DNA from: Amphiscolops sp. MND2022
Taxonomy: Eukaryota
Direction: 5' to 3'
DNA length: 64,000 nt
Assembly (NCBI GenBank): GCA_964187785.1
Contig: OZ076413.1
Location: 70,308,001-70,372,000 of the forward strand
The number at the start of each line of letters is the position of its first letter. Within the stretch, counting starts at the first letter, position 1. The translations under genes and the position numbers were made by a program. The notes beneath the pieces are model-generated. The model ran no database searches and was not told the origin of the DNA. It saw only the letters and a program-made list of their open reading frames with translations. Positions 35,331 to 49,039 of the stretch are shown here, in pieces.

Positions 35331-36146
35331 GAAAGGTCAAATAGATCGTCGTCGAATATCTTTCCGAACTAATTCTGTTGATCTGTCGGCTTTGTTCCTT
35401 GAACTATTTTGGAAACGTGATATCTTTTCTAACCTTTGTTTCATGAGCTACTCACCAGCTTGACTCTTTTCCTCAATTGTTTCACTTGACAATTTTGCAA
35501 TCTGCTTTTCTCAGAGACCATTCTATTTGAAATGTAAAAGCCTATATCTTGAAAACCCTTCAGCCCAACGTGGTCTACCGTTTGCGCTTGCTGACCACTT
35601 AGTCGTTCGCAACGTGGTTCTTTTGTCTGCGGTGCGTTATCAACTCCAACTGCGGTTCCTACTAGTTTCGCAAGATGGCTTTGCAAGCATTGCAAGTCAG
35701 CTATTTCTCAATTGAACAATGAAATCTATTATAAATGGAATTGTTTCTAAAGATTGGATCTTTCAACATGCGAAAACCTGATAAAATTCAAAAACATTAC
35801 CGTTCAGTGCTATTTTTCGCAGATCTAACCCACGAGATTTTGAAGGCATTGACATAAATGACCGAATTTTTCGAACATGATTGTCAAAATTTCAGGGTTC
35901 CTTGCCGTTTTTGTTGTTTAATAATTAAAAACATCTGTTCAGATAATTTCCATTTGCATATTCACTAGAGAAAGTTCATTTCATTCATTTAATCTATGAT
36001 GCAAACCGCTCCAAACTAAATGGCGCGAGGAGAAATTGAGGAAGTCTCGGAGCGATTCTGTTGAAAGTAGAACTTGAACTTGTTAACGTGAAACTTCCAT
36101 TGTCATCAGAACAACTACTGCTTGGGGGGAGAGCAATGCGTGGTAG

Positions 36147-36565
36147 CACCAGGGCTGCCTTTAGGTCAAGGCCGCGTGTTTCAAGTTGCTTCTACTTTGG
36201 CGTGCGAACCACCAGTGACCACATTTAGTGGTTTGTCCAAGAACTAAGTGGGTCGCATTTATTAGAACAACGAGATTCACAAACGGACTGCTTAGAAGAA
36301 TATCGGAAGGATTCCCTTATAGGATAAGAGAGGTCCAATGTAGTATCATCTTGTTTGAGTCGCACCATACAGTCCAATTTTTGTTTAAAAAACCTCTCCT
36401 ATTCAGAAAAAAGTTGAAGCAATAACTTCGGGTGTTCAAAATGGAAAATTGCAATTTGGTTCAAATTGGAGCTGGGAAAGCAATAATATCAAGTTTTGGC
36501 GAGTAATTTAGTGTGAAAAATTATAATTTTTTCCTATTAATGTTGGATGTTGGGCAGCCCTGGTG
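36147..36565. mobile_element. Possible MITE bounded by 13-bp inverted repeats
   Basis: CACCAGGGCTGCC (36147-36159) and GGCAGCCCTGGTG (36553-36565). No clear target-site duplication. Confidence 0.35.
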
Positions 36566-36669
36566 GTAAGCACCAAAAAGAACAGCGAGGGAGATGGGAG
36601 ACAACAACAACAACGAAGACATGCATAAAGCCAGCCAACCAAGTGAAGTGTGGTGTTTTGGATTGAGAG

Positions 36670-36813
36670 TCATTTGGAAAAAGTGAAGATTCCTGCAGCA
36701 TAGCTCACTGAGCTGTCGTTCGTGTTGGCCACTGAACTGGACTGCGAGTAGTGAACAAACTCCAGCTTCACACTCGTGCCATTCAAGTGTCTCGCTTTCA
36801 GCTCCTCTGCCGC
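36670..36813 (-). CDS. MEMO1: MEMO1 last coding exon
   Basis: AAEELK...LEFVHYSQSSSVANTNDSSVSYAAGIFTFSK* matches the MEMO1 C-terminal DSSVSYAAG. Acceptor TTTCAG, phase 0. Confidence 0.95.
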   Translation of the reverse strand, partial: AAEELKARHLNGTSVKLEFVHYSQSSSVANTNDSSVSYAAGIFTFSK

Positions 36814-38546
36814 CTGAAACAGATATTCAAAGTTCCAAAGACTTATACAAAATGCATCTTTTCGAATCGTATCGAGAGTTTGAGAAAATCGAAAAAAGTC
36901 GAAAAATGGCTGTTTTTTGGCCATTTTTAAGCTAACTTTGGCTATGTTTCTCACATCCCAGTCATACGATTTTGATGCCTTTGCGCACGCAAGGGCCCCT
37001 TTGGGTGTAGAATGACTTTGTTAAATTTTATAAAAATCGCATGGACAGAAAGATTTTTGACAAATTTTTGAGAAAGTTGACATTTTCATTGAAAGGTCGG
37101 GAGAAAATAAAAAAAGACTTGAATTCAAACCAGAAACCTTCAATTTACTTTTATTTCCAATGTGACAGTTTAGAATTGAGAAACAAGGTTTGTTCACACT
37201 ATTTTTGTTTATGAAGTCACGCATTCTTGATGAAGAAATCAACAGCTTCCTGTATTCAGTCACAAATAAAAATAAGGTTAATTTGAATATAATCACAGTC
37301 AAAAAACTTCAAAAAGGTCAAGCATCAACATTTCAGAGTTTATTCTGAGTCAGAAATGTATTTCTTTTAGGGCTCCCACCAAAAATTCAGGAGACTTCTA
37401 GATACAAAAGCCCGTTTAATAGAAGCCTCAAAACAATCAAATAGAAAATGATTCAAAATTTTTTCATGATTCCCGTTCCTATTTTACTGAAACAGTAAGG
37501 CCACGAGAGAAAAAGCTAAGTCAGTTCATGAAAAGGAAAAGAGTGGAAGAGTGTGTACTAACAGCGATGAGTATAAAAATCAATACAAGGTGTAAGCTGT
37601 GTTGGGCATTGGTTTGGTTACCACAGACGGAAGCACCCTTAATAATGGTGTTTGCTGACTCTTTTCCGCCACCTACTTTACGTTCCTCGCTCCAATTAAA
37701 TAACCAAGAGTTTTTCTATCCAAAACCGTGCATTGACTAATTGCTTCTTTGGGAAACTAACATTTTGAAGACAGAAATGTAACAAAAATAACAACGTATT
37801 TCGATTTCAATTACATGAATTACATGCCATTACCAGTAAACTATTTTTTGTTTGAACACCTTTAACCCCAATCGACATGGGCGTTTTTTAAAATTTTCGA
37901 AAAATTTGCCAAAAAAATTTCACTCATCAATATCTCCACAACTACGCGTACCAGAGGAATGAACTATAGCGCGTTTGAAAGGTCTGATATTGGGCTTTCA
38001 TTTTGGTCAGGTGAGCCCCTGTCGCCGCGCGCCCCCTCCTTCAGAATTTTAGTCTCTTTTTCCGGTACCGCCGCTTCAGTACTTCGTGCGGCCTGCTGCG
38101 ATAGGGGTTTGTTGCACCAGGACTTGTCGTGGAAGGGTATGTGGTTGGTTTTTTCTATTGATCAAAGACTTTTGAGAAAACTGGATTTCGTCAAAATCTG
38201 AAAATCTGAATTTTGACGAAATATAACTTTTTTTTGTGCAAAAAACCCATTTTTCTCAGCTTTGGAGATATATTCCCTTTTTCTAATGCTTGTGCCATTC
38301 AAATCAATCTAGATACCAATTACTTGTTGAAAAAAAACTGTGCTAGAGAAAATGGGCTACTGGCAAAAGGAATCAGAATTTGGAAAAAAAGGTAGGCTGC
38401 TTTAAAGCATCACTAGGTTCATTGGGGTTAATTAGATTTAGTTAGAGGCAACGAAATCAGCTCGAAAACTAGCGAGGCGCTTTTCTCTGCACACGAAATG
38501 AAATTTATTTTTTTTTGCATCCCTGAGAGGAAGAGTGTGTACTAAC

Positions 38547-38731
38547 AGCGATGAGTATGGCGATGGGGTGTCTGCCACAGATGGTGTTCTTGGTGGCCTG
38601 GATGTACTTGGAGAAGTTGGAGAGTTGCAGAGACTCCGCCGCCCGCATGCCCTCCTTGTCCAGCTTCTCGATCCACTGGTGCATCGGCAACCCCTCGGAC
38701 TTGTCGTAAGGCGTGTAGCTGAACCTCTTGC
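38547..38731 (-). CDS. MEMO1: MEMO1 internal exon
   Basis: KRFSYTPYD...LDKEGM...NTICGRHPIAILIA. Acceptor TTTGCAG, donor GTTAGT. 185 nt, phases 1 and 0 fit the neighbouring exons. Confidence 0.96.
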
Positions 38732-41125
38732 CTGCAAACACACAACGCCCCAACGCCACTATACGTACATCAATGAATTGAATTTATCAGCAGCGACAAG
38801 TTTTGAAGCCTCGCATAAAAAGAGACTTGAATCAGAAAAACTTAGAGGCAACGGCCCGCTTTAATGGAAGCCCCAAAACAATCAAATACAAAATCACTTG
38901 TGTCTGGAAGGTTTGAATATTTTCTATTTTTTCGCTAGTCCAAGCTTTCTGGGACCGTAAGGTCACGTAAGAAAAACCTATGCAAATTTCTGATAACAAC
39001 ACGGTGCCGAATCCGTAGAGACAACCCCTGTTCGTAGACATACTGTTCTGGTATTATGGTATTGTGAAACTACTAATGTAGCTAACAGCGAGCAAAGACT
39101 AGAACAAATTCTTATGGAAACAAGAAAGTAGATTGAAATTGCGAAATCTACTTCCTTTGAGAAAAGTAGTACACGAGTCGACTTGAAGTAGCGTAATGTA
39201 GCATTTTGTTCTCCTGCCTTAGAACTTTACAAGAGTAATCTCAAAAAACGCGACACACGAAAAAGGGAAGGAAACATTGAAAATTGTGCGAAAATCGGAA
39301 CTAGTTTTCACTGAATATCCTAGAGCTTTCGCACACCTGATGGCCAACTTTACTGACCCAAAAGAGCGCATAAGGATCACGATGATCGTCGAAATGAACT
39401 CAGAGGAACACTGACAACGGAAAAAACACATCAGGGGCGGAAGCAACGTTCTGCATAACGATGGAGAATCGAAACTATATTTATTCTATATACAATTCGG
39501 ATACACGTTTCGCTACAGAATGGTTGTAATTGTTCGTGCTTCCGAAGGGATCTGTAATCTCGGGTCGATCTACAGTGCGTAGAGAGTATTTGACATTAAG
39601 CGTATCATGCGATGTTCAAGAACATAGTACAAAAACTAGAAAAACTGGAAACTATGCAGGTTCTAGATGGTGAGGAAATTATTTTTAATCATGTACCCAG
39701 TGACACTAGCATATTGAGGAAGAAAACAGCGAGAGTATTCAGGAAGAAATTATATCAATACGTTTTCGAACTTTCCAAATATCGTACAAGATAGAATAGC
39801 AATGCAAGTATAAACAAGACGGGAACGTCTAAAGTCGGCGCTATATCTAAGGCTCAAAAAGCGCAAAACGTTTTTTGGAAAAAAAACTTGAAATTTTCGA
39901 AAAAATTTTTCTTTCGGAAAATGTCGCACAGTGCCGAAAAATGTAAAAGAGGGGACACTTTTTGATTTCCAAACATGCATTCTGTTGCAAAATAACAAAA
40001 AACTCAAAAGGGGGACCCTTTGGAGACAAAAAAACTCGAAAAGAAGTCGCACAGTGCCGAAAAAAAGGAAAAAAAATCAAAGGGGGGACTCTTCAGTCCC
40101 GTCCGGTTTTGTAGGTTACCTTGAAAAAGTAAAAAATGAAAGGGGGACCCTTTGCACTAAGTTTGCCTTGGCCCGTTTGCCGGACTGGGCGCCTTAGGTG
40201 GTTTCAGGATTGTTTCTAAAAAGTGGACCGATCAGTGTGAGGATTGTAGTCTGAAGAAAAAAACTCCAAAAAAATTTAAGGGGGAAAAATACAGAGCCGA
40301 AAATACTCTAAGGCAGTACCCTTTGGTCCCTTTGAGTTTCTTAGATGATGTAAAAATACTACTTCGCAAGCTTTTGCGCCAGTATTTTAAATTTGCTAAG
40401 TAAGAATTGTAAGATTTTAAGATTGTAAGAATTGTAAGAAAAGTGGACCTTTCAGTGTGAGGATTATAGTCTGAAAATAAAAGAAAAAAAAGGTCACTGC
40501 TATAGTCGGGCATTTTTCCTTAAAAGGATAAAGCGCCGACTAAAAACACCATACCGAAAATTTGCCTGACAAGCATTCAAGACATTTGAATGAAGTTTAA
40601 TGGCCAATGCAGTTTGTTCCATCAAAAAAATAGCAGCTTTGGATTTGTCAACGTTGCATTTCATTTTGTTTCCCTTCTTCCCAGTGTAAGCCATAATCAC
40701 AGAAAGTGAGAAAACTTACAGATCGTCAATGCCAATGAAAATGCGTAAAGCTTTCGTAATGACGAAGAGAGTTAACCATGCAAAAGCAAAAAAATGTGAG
40801 AAAAGCTGCACAACAACAGAAGTAACCAGAACGCCGACTACTTCAAAGCATCCGCGATGAAGGTGTCAACCTTCCCTGTCTGAAAAGAATCTGAGGTTCC
40901 TGAGTTGAATTCTGATAATACATGCAAATCATTTTATACACTAATTTATGCTTCTCAATACATTTTCAAATGAGACAAATATTTGTTTTACAGTTTTTCT
41001 GGAGTATTTTGGTCTGGGCGGATGTCCTATTAGATGTCAAAAACTTGCAACGTTGTCATCTATTGAGAACTTTCCCTCAAAAGTTGTTGGCTGGTAATGG
41101 TAGGTTAGTACCGCAGATAAGAGTC

Positions 41126-44100
41126 TCGCGCTCTAAAAATTTTATCTTTGCTTTTAGCCTAAATGTTGTGATAAACTTATTAAAGTTCTTTTAATTAAGT
41201 TTGCTTTTGCATCATTCGACTAAGCATCTCATAGCTCCGTGCTATCATTCAAATCAAACAATTGTTCAAACCCGTCGTGAAGCACCTAAGAAGCCAATCT
41301 TTCCTACGGGGTCGCTGGCTAAGGTTTGATCTGCTGTAGATAATTTTCCAACCGGCTCGTGTGTGGTCGCGTTAGTGGATCAAGCTGAGAAACCGAGACA
41401 GGTGCTTCCAAGCGTATTCGTGAGGTTGCGCTGAAGCTCTCTTGGCGGTCGGCTGACAGGAACCCTCAAAACCGTTTTACCCAAGATACTTTTACGTTGA
41501 TCCTCGTTTACCAATTTTACTGAAACAATGCCGTGAAAAACTGCATGACAAAAGCAACAAGAATACAAATTATTTGCCAGACAGTGCGATAGAGAACGAC
41601 AACGAAAATACAACGGAAAATCCTCAAGAAAAAATAAGCCGCCAGCCAGAAGAAACTAGAAAAACCTTTGCCTTTACCCTAATGATTTTACCCGAGGCGA
41701 AACGCGGCCAAAATTTAAAATCAATGTTTTTTCTGAGCTGTTTTAGCTCAAAAAGTGCAAATTAATCGCGGATTGACTGTTCTTTGCTCCTCTAAACCTT
41801 CTTACTTTAACTTTACGGGAACTTTTACTAAAATTTGCCATTACAATGAAACAAACAGCGTTTATGAAAACACCGAACTCGCAACAAAACTTCCCAAAAT
41901 ACTCACCAACTGTAACGTTCGAAGACAAAGGATCCAAAAATGAGAAAAACAATGGGACCAAACCAAACAATTGCATCAGAATTTCTCAACAACGAAACTT
42001 TGAGAGCCTCATACTCCACCAATTTACCTTTAAATGTCTCAATTTACCAACCCAACTGGCCCCACAAGCCTTGTTGATAGCCAAGGAACCAATATACCTA
42101 TGGAAGAAAATTACATGCAGAATTACAATGAAGAAATTACGATAACGCATTCCGGCAACCCACCACAAAACAATAATGCATCAATTTACACCAATGCAAA
42201 GTCAGCTCAATTTTTGACGACAAGCAGCTCAAACTACAACTAAGGGGCGACCTTGGATCAAAAATCAACTCAAACAACCCACCCAATGTGGAGAACGAGC
42301 AAAAAAAGGAGAAAACACACTCCAAGAAAGTCAGGTAGAAAGATATCGAACCATCCGACCTCATGGATGAAACCCACCATCTCACGACAGTCAAAAGACT
42401 GCGAAAACCTCGGATAATTCTCTACTAAATATTCGAAAAAATCAACCTCAAAACTTCTTTGAAAATTCATCGGTTACAACAGGAGAAATTTCAAATTCTT
42501 CGCCAAAATCTACCCAAAAATTCTCGCCTTACAAATCGGCGGCAGGCCACCCAAACGAAGCGTCAATCTACTCTTCAGATGGCAAATTCCAAGGCCCCCC
42601 TCAAAGCCCGAAAAATTCAAAAAAAAACGCAAAAAAACTTTACATCAAAAATTTATCAACTCTCAAGAAGCTGTAGAAGCTACTAAATCACCAAATTATC
42701 AACAACAACAGCCACAATTACCATTTATAACTCATCGACTGCCGCAGGACCCTAGCAAAAGAGTCAAAATGGCCAATGTAGACCAAGAAAATTTTACATG
42801 CATTTCTGACCCAAAAATTACGATAACGTATTCCGGCACTTCTGAAAACAACTTTATTTTACCAGTACTGAAAGATGCAGGTGAATTACAACAACAACCA
42901 CTTAACAACACCTCTCTCAACACTCCGGGTTCGACGGTGCAGCCACAAGGTCGGCAATTAACTCATGCTAGCAGTTAGAAGAAATGAAAAGCTGGTCACC
43001 AAAGTCGTTCTTTAAAAAAAAACTCGTGAAGAACCAAGCAACAAGGGTATGCTCCGAATACCATGAATTGCAGCTTTTGAGAAGAATGGCACCATCTTCA
43101 AAGGTCACGACGACGCCTGGTGTGTGAAGAAAGCCGAAACTGAAAATTAAAACAGGTCAAAGAGCCAAAAGACAAGCCCAACGAAAACCGATGAAAACGT
43201 GTTTACCAATGACGAACTGAGTGAACATATCTGAAAAACTACGCAACGAAAGTTACTCGTCCAGAACGAGCAGGAGCAGCAAATGAAGACTTGCTCGAAT
43301 TCGTACAAACTCAACCTAGCCGCAGAGCTAGCACAAACCGAAAGACGAGCCAAACCTCAAAACCGAATAAACCTGACGCGAAAAACAGAAACGAAACAAG
43401 GTCAAAACAAAATGCAAACGTCAATGAAGAATCGAGGGCAAGAAGCGATTGTATCAGCAATCGCAACATAGAAACATCAATAGAACGCCATGTAAACCCC
43501 TTAACATTAGCGACTTCATAGATTCAGCATACATGGAACCGAATACCGACACCGACAAAACTGCCAACATGGAACAAGATGGCAGTCAACGTAAATAGTT
43601 TCAATGCTAGGGGCCTTGTAAACCCTTTGAAGCTGACAAGTCGAAACAGCAAGGCAGACATAAGAAATGACGTCATCGCAATTCAAAAAACTACAAAAGC
43701 TCAAGGAGAAACATCTCACAGTAATTGAATATCACGAAGTGAAATACGAGATGCAACCATTTGATAAAACAACCAAATCGGACGCACTGCTACTTTTCAA
43801 TCGAGATAGCAGCATTGAACTGATAAAGCAAACGAAAACATTTCAAATAGTGAAGATCACAACTCAGGCAGCTGAATCGAAAATCTGTATATTTGAAACC
43901 AAGTTTGAACAACAAAACGAAACTAAAGGACCTGAGCTCATCTTCAGAAACGGAGTCGATAAGACAGAATGGACAATCGGTGACATGAACTGCTTTTTTG
44001 ACGTCTAGAAAAAGAAACCGCTAAGTTCAAAGCTGTGACACAAGTTTTTGATATGGGATTGAGCGATATGGCAGTGTAACTTGAGAACACACACTTTGCG

Positions 44101-44605
44101 CCACACCAAAAACCATCGCGCCTCGATTACAGTTTTTTCAATAGTCAGCCAAAAACAACGATCTAGACTTGCTTTTCTGATCACCGCATTCTAAGCCTGA
44201 CAACCAAGCAAAACGCCGAGCTAGGTCGAAGATCTTTCGAAGGGATGACGCTACAGCTGATGAAAATGTCAAAACACTACTCATGCTGATCTCAAACAGA
44301 TGACTCGACTGGTGAACAACTAGCGAATGGTGCGTATCTTAGAATGAAGAATGAAATCGCAAAACTTTCTAAGGCAAGCAAGCATATGGAAAGCAAGGCA
44401 GAATAAAAATGAACTGCTCAAGGAGCACGATGAAGAGGCGGAGCAAAATCTTGCAAAGTACTCGCAGCAGTGAAGGTCAAACGCATTGATCAGAATGAAG
44501 GAAAATTGAAGCTAGTCAAAAGGTACTGCTCAGATAATGCCAACTCTCATAGTAACGTGATCAAGAAGCTGAAAAACAGACTACTTCCGAAAAGTGGCGA
44601 TCTGA
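41126..44605 (+). mobile_element. Decayed L1/Tx1-type LINE (leader, ORF1, endonuclease part of ORF2)
   Basis: Leader motif at 41157. ORF1-like segments. Endonuclease motifs SFNARGL (~43600), IGDMNC (~43975) and RLDYSFF (~44120). No RT. Confidence 0.7.
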
Positions 44606-47560
44606 CTTTTAGCCTAAATGTTGTGATAAACTTATTAAAGTTCTTTTAATAAGTTTGCTTTTGCATCATTCGACAAAGCAACCATAGCTCCGTGCTATCA
44701 TTCAAATCAAACAATTGTTCAAACCCGTCGCGTTAGTGGATCAAGCTGAAAAACCGAGAATGGTGCTTCATAGCGTATTCGTGAGGTTGCGCTGAAGCTT
44801 CCTTGGCGGTCGGCTGACAGGAACCCTCAAAACCGTTTTACCCAAGATACTTTTACGTTGAACCTCGTTTACCAATTTTACTGAAACAATGCCGGAAAAA
44901 ACTGCATGACAAAAGCAACAAGAATACAAACTCTTTCTCAGAGAGTGCGATAGAGAACGAAAATACAACGGAAAATCCTCAAGAAAAATAAGCCGCCAGC
45001 CAGAAGAAACTGGAAAACCGAGCAGATGAACTTCAGCAGAGCTATTACCAACAATGCCTACGAGTTCAAACACATCGACGTTCAGCAAGTGCCGAAAATG
45101 AAAATTATACCCCCACTGACAAAGGAACTTTTTACCGATGGCGCAGCTCTAGAAAGGGCAATGATAACAGCATACACGGACATCCTCAGCGTTTTTCACC
45201 ATATCACGAACGAGTATGAAACTAGGAGAGAAGTTACAGTTCTTACTGGTAATCGCCCCAATAGAAGCAGATGTTGCACGCATTAAACTAAACGGACTTA
45301 AACTAATGAATCGAACGGTGTTCCCGACAGCAGAAAACTCCTGGATGGTTTGGACATCTGCGTTTCCAAAGATACATGACATCAGGATAAACAACTTGCC
45401 AGCACTGCGACGATAATCAGTTATTGGAACTACTGCAGGTCCCTGACTTTGCAGAGCTAGGGGAAGTTAAACGGGAACGACAGAGAACGGAACTAGGCGC
45501 GTTTTACATCGGAAAAGCAAAAATAACGGTAAAGATTAACCACGAAGAACAAGAACGCTTGGAACTTTCGTCAAAGTCACGCGCTTACTCAGACATAGCT
45601 TACTGCTGTGAACTCCCTACTTACGCCAGCATCCCTGCTGATCCATTGAGCAACGCAAACCTAAAATACCTCTTCCCTCTGGTGTTTGTATTGGCCATCA
45701 CAAAAGACTTTCAAGACCCGAGTGGAATAAAGTCTTTGTGCAACGAAGAAAAAAGCCAAGTTGCGAAATCTAAACAGGGCAAAAAACTGAAAGCACTCAA
45801 AATCTGCCGAAGTCATGCCAAAGACAAGATGAAATGATAGCAGGAGAAGTAAAAAGCAACCAGAGAACAGCGTGGCCAATCCTCCAGTTTACCTTGCCGT
45901 GTAAATTCGAAATGCGTTATTCCCCCCGTACATGAAGATATCAAAGAACAGTCGAACCTACCGAAGGGCATTGAGGCAAACAACGACCGCTGCTTCAAAA
46001 CGCAATACAAGAATGAACACCTGAAAGTGTATGACAGCAGTGCAACCATTACAGCAACAGTCAGGTCAGCAGAAGAAATGGAACAACTGAGAACTTGGTC
46101 AAAGAAGGCCTTCTTCGACGAAAAGCTGGTCAGAACCCAAGTCATTCAAGCATGCATACCAAGCATCATGGCTTGCACCTATTGCCAAGCCCAAGCAGGG
46201 CTTTACAAGGGTCAGGACGAAAGCTGGTGTGTGAAGAAACCAGTTGCAGAAAAAGAAACCTGAAACGACCCCCAAAGTGTGAGCGCCAAAGCAAAACAAA
46301 CTGAGAAGTCGAGACTGGTGTTCCTCAGCGTATTCTCGAGGTTGTGCTGAAACTTTCTTGGCAGTTGGCTGATGGAAGCCCTCAAAAAACTACCAACCGC
46401 AAGAGCAGAGCTCGACCACAGCTCGCAGTGGTAGAACTAATTTACTTCGTTATTTCAAACCTAACTAATTCAAAGATGAACGCAGTAGCAACGAAAACAG
46501 AAGAAAGCGAAGAATACCTCCCCTATTTTATTCATTCTTCCTGTTAGGGAAGACGATTAATAAACCCAACGGCATAAATGATATCTTCATGAATTTGTGC
46601 ACGGAAATCTTGGAGCTCCGCAAATACCATCTGCAAACCGTGCTCTAGCTGTAATCCAGAAAGTCACCTACGGGTACAAGCGTCTGAAAGCTGTAAAATT
46701 GAAGATGCCAACTTTATGTCAAAATCAACCAGACTCAACCAGACGAGATGTTAGCAATTGGTATTGAATGCGGCCACAAGAATGTTTGGCCAGATCGTGA
46801 TGACAGCCGATGAAATAACGAACTGAATCCGCCTGAAGGCATTGAAGCAAACAACGACTTGACCTTCAAAACAGTAGGTATCGGCCCGGTACCGTCACCA
46901 CTTCGGCAAAAATAAACTCAGCCGAACAACTAGAGAACATGAAAAACGAGACGACCGAACCTACAGATTCTACCCTTGCAATGTCAGCATCAAAATTCAA
47001 AATGCTTTGCCCAAACTGACCAACGACGAAATCAAAAACGAACCAAAACTCTCCGAAGGCATCACCGCCAACGACGACTTGAACGTCAAAACAGTCAGCA
47101 TCGGGCCGTACTTGAAAGTCTTTGATGGAACAGCGACAATCTCAGCCACTGTTCAATCTGCTGAGCAAATGGAACAAATGAAAAACTGGTCGCGCAAATA
47201 TCTTTGAAGAAAAACAAGTTAGAAACCAAGTCACGCAGATGTTTGCTCCAAGCATCAAGACATGCACTTCCTGCAAAAAGAAAGGTTTTGCCACAGAGGT
47301 CTTGATGATACTTGCTGTATTAAGAAAAACAAGGATGAACGTGAACTGGAAGCGAACTCGCGGGAAAGAAACGGTCACGAATGAAGGCGAAGTCTTTACA
47401 GACGAAGATGAATGTTTGCATAACAAACAAATCTCAAAAATTAGAAATGACAGTTGCACATCACCGGTGAGTAGAAAGAACAAGAGATTGACTTAGCTAA
47501 CGATGTTTGATAACCGGGAGGAACTAACATCAAAACATGAAAAGCGCTCATGTAAGCATT
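44606..47560 (+). mobile_element. Two further related LINE 5'/ORF1 copies (second starts ~46300)
   Basis: 5' region is nearly identical to 41157-41270 and 41370-41660. ORF1 motifs KIIPPLTKE, LQVPDFAELGEV, YIGKAKITV and CTYC/CTSC knuckles. The 5' UTR recurs at ~46300. Confidence 0.7.
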
Positions 47561-48316
47561 CAAACACCGCTGGTTAATTACATTTTCCACGTGCATTTGG
47601 GGCTCAAAAAACGCAATATAACCGGAAAATTATTTCCAATTAATACACAGCGGGCTGTCGGTCATAAGGACACAAGATCCGAGTGATCATTGAAAAAAAC
47701 GGAGACGAGGAATTCAGTAGAAATGTTAAGGATTTTTCAAGTATTCGTTCATTAAGAACGCTCAAGTTCGGCAAAATTGCTTGGAAAGTGCGTTCTGGGC
47801 AATGAATGAATCATTAACCATATGGGGGTAAAAGTTCCAATTGATTCAATGGCGAAACTGGTTTGATCCTCGGAAAATTATCAAGGGAGCCTTTTAGAAC
47901 ATTTTACACGCAAGTTATTTTTATTCCGAATATGTGAAAATACGAATGCTTGTTAATTTGTAGATTTTTTGTACAATTTTGGCTTTCGACACGAAATGGT
48001 CATTTCGGTCGAATTGAAAAAAAAATACAGCGCCGACTAAAAAGGTATTACTGGAGTGATTTATAACTAATTCCCGAAAAAGTACCGTACATGAGTATTG
48101 TCATTTGATACGCGACCGAAAAGATCAAAAACGAACACAACCAAAACAAGACAGGAACGGCATACGCTCAACGTTCAACACAGAGGCGAAGCGGTGCTTC
48201 GCAACACATGACGAAGACATCGATTATTTTAAAGATAGCTCTATGTTGTATATATATAAATCGTATATATTCAATCGCATGCGTATATATTCAACAGTTC
48301 AACTTTGTTCAATAAC

Positions 48317-48388
48317 GTCCCTATGGCACAGTGGTCAACGCTTATGCCGTGCAATCGGGAGGCTGCAGGTTCGAATCTCTCTGGGGTT
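48317..48388 (+). ncRNA. tRNA-derived SINE head or tRNA pseudogene
   Basis: A box TGGCACAGTGG (48324) and B box GGTTCGAATC (48368) at tRNA spacing. Acceptor, T and anticodon stems pair poorly. Confidence 0.6.
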
Positions 48389-49039
48389 TTGGCTCTTTTC
48401 TAAAAGGCGCTCATTATCAAGTTGACTATTGTGGAAAAAAAACTTCTTTAGCAAGACTGCAATGCACATTGACTTCGTCATGTGCAAAAACTAAACACTC
48501 CAGTTTAATCATTATTAGGGCGACCATAAAGCCAATAAAGTCAATACGGTCGAAATAATGTCAATTTTGGCGAAATTTTCAATAAAGTCAATTTCTGGTT
48601 TTTGAGTCAATAAAGGTACATACATGTAGAATACAGCGGAGAATAGCTGCACGCGGCAATACCTATCGCAATGAAGTACACTACACGCCAACCGTCGCCG
48701 AGTAAATGTGAACGCTGTGTAGTTGGCATAAGCGAGACAAAACAGCATAAAAGCAGTCCAAAAGCATACTGAATCCTGATTGGCTGAAATTAGCAAAACT
48801 GCAACGTAATTTCTCAGATTTCTGTAACTTTATAACACGATTGATTTTCTTAAATTCAGCAGTCACTGCCAGGGGTGGGCGCAACATATCTTTTCAATTG
48901 GAACATTTTATGAAAATAACGTAGTGATTTTCATAAACAGTGCAATGGCGGAAATTTAATTTGCAGCATTCTGATAGGATAAGTATTTATTGTCAATAAT
49001 TTAAAACATTTATTGCCCACTCATGTTTTATAGTAAATT

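Noticed and set aside
39850-40480. Short dispersed repeats (AGGGGGACCCTT, GTCGCACAGTGCCG, AAGTGGACC...) as a regulatory array
   Set aside because: They look like fragments of ordinary intronic repeats; I could not define ends or a consistent period.
48317-48388. Functional tRNA-Cys or tRNA-His
   Set aside because: The anticodon loop cannot be made 7 nt with a paired stem, and the T and acceptor stems are mismatched.
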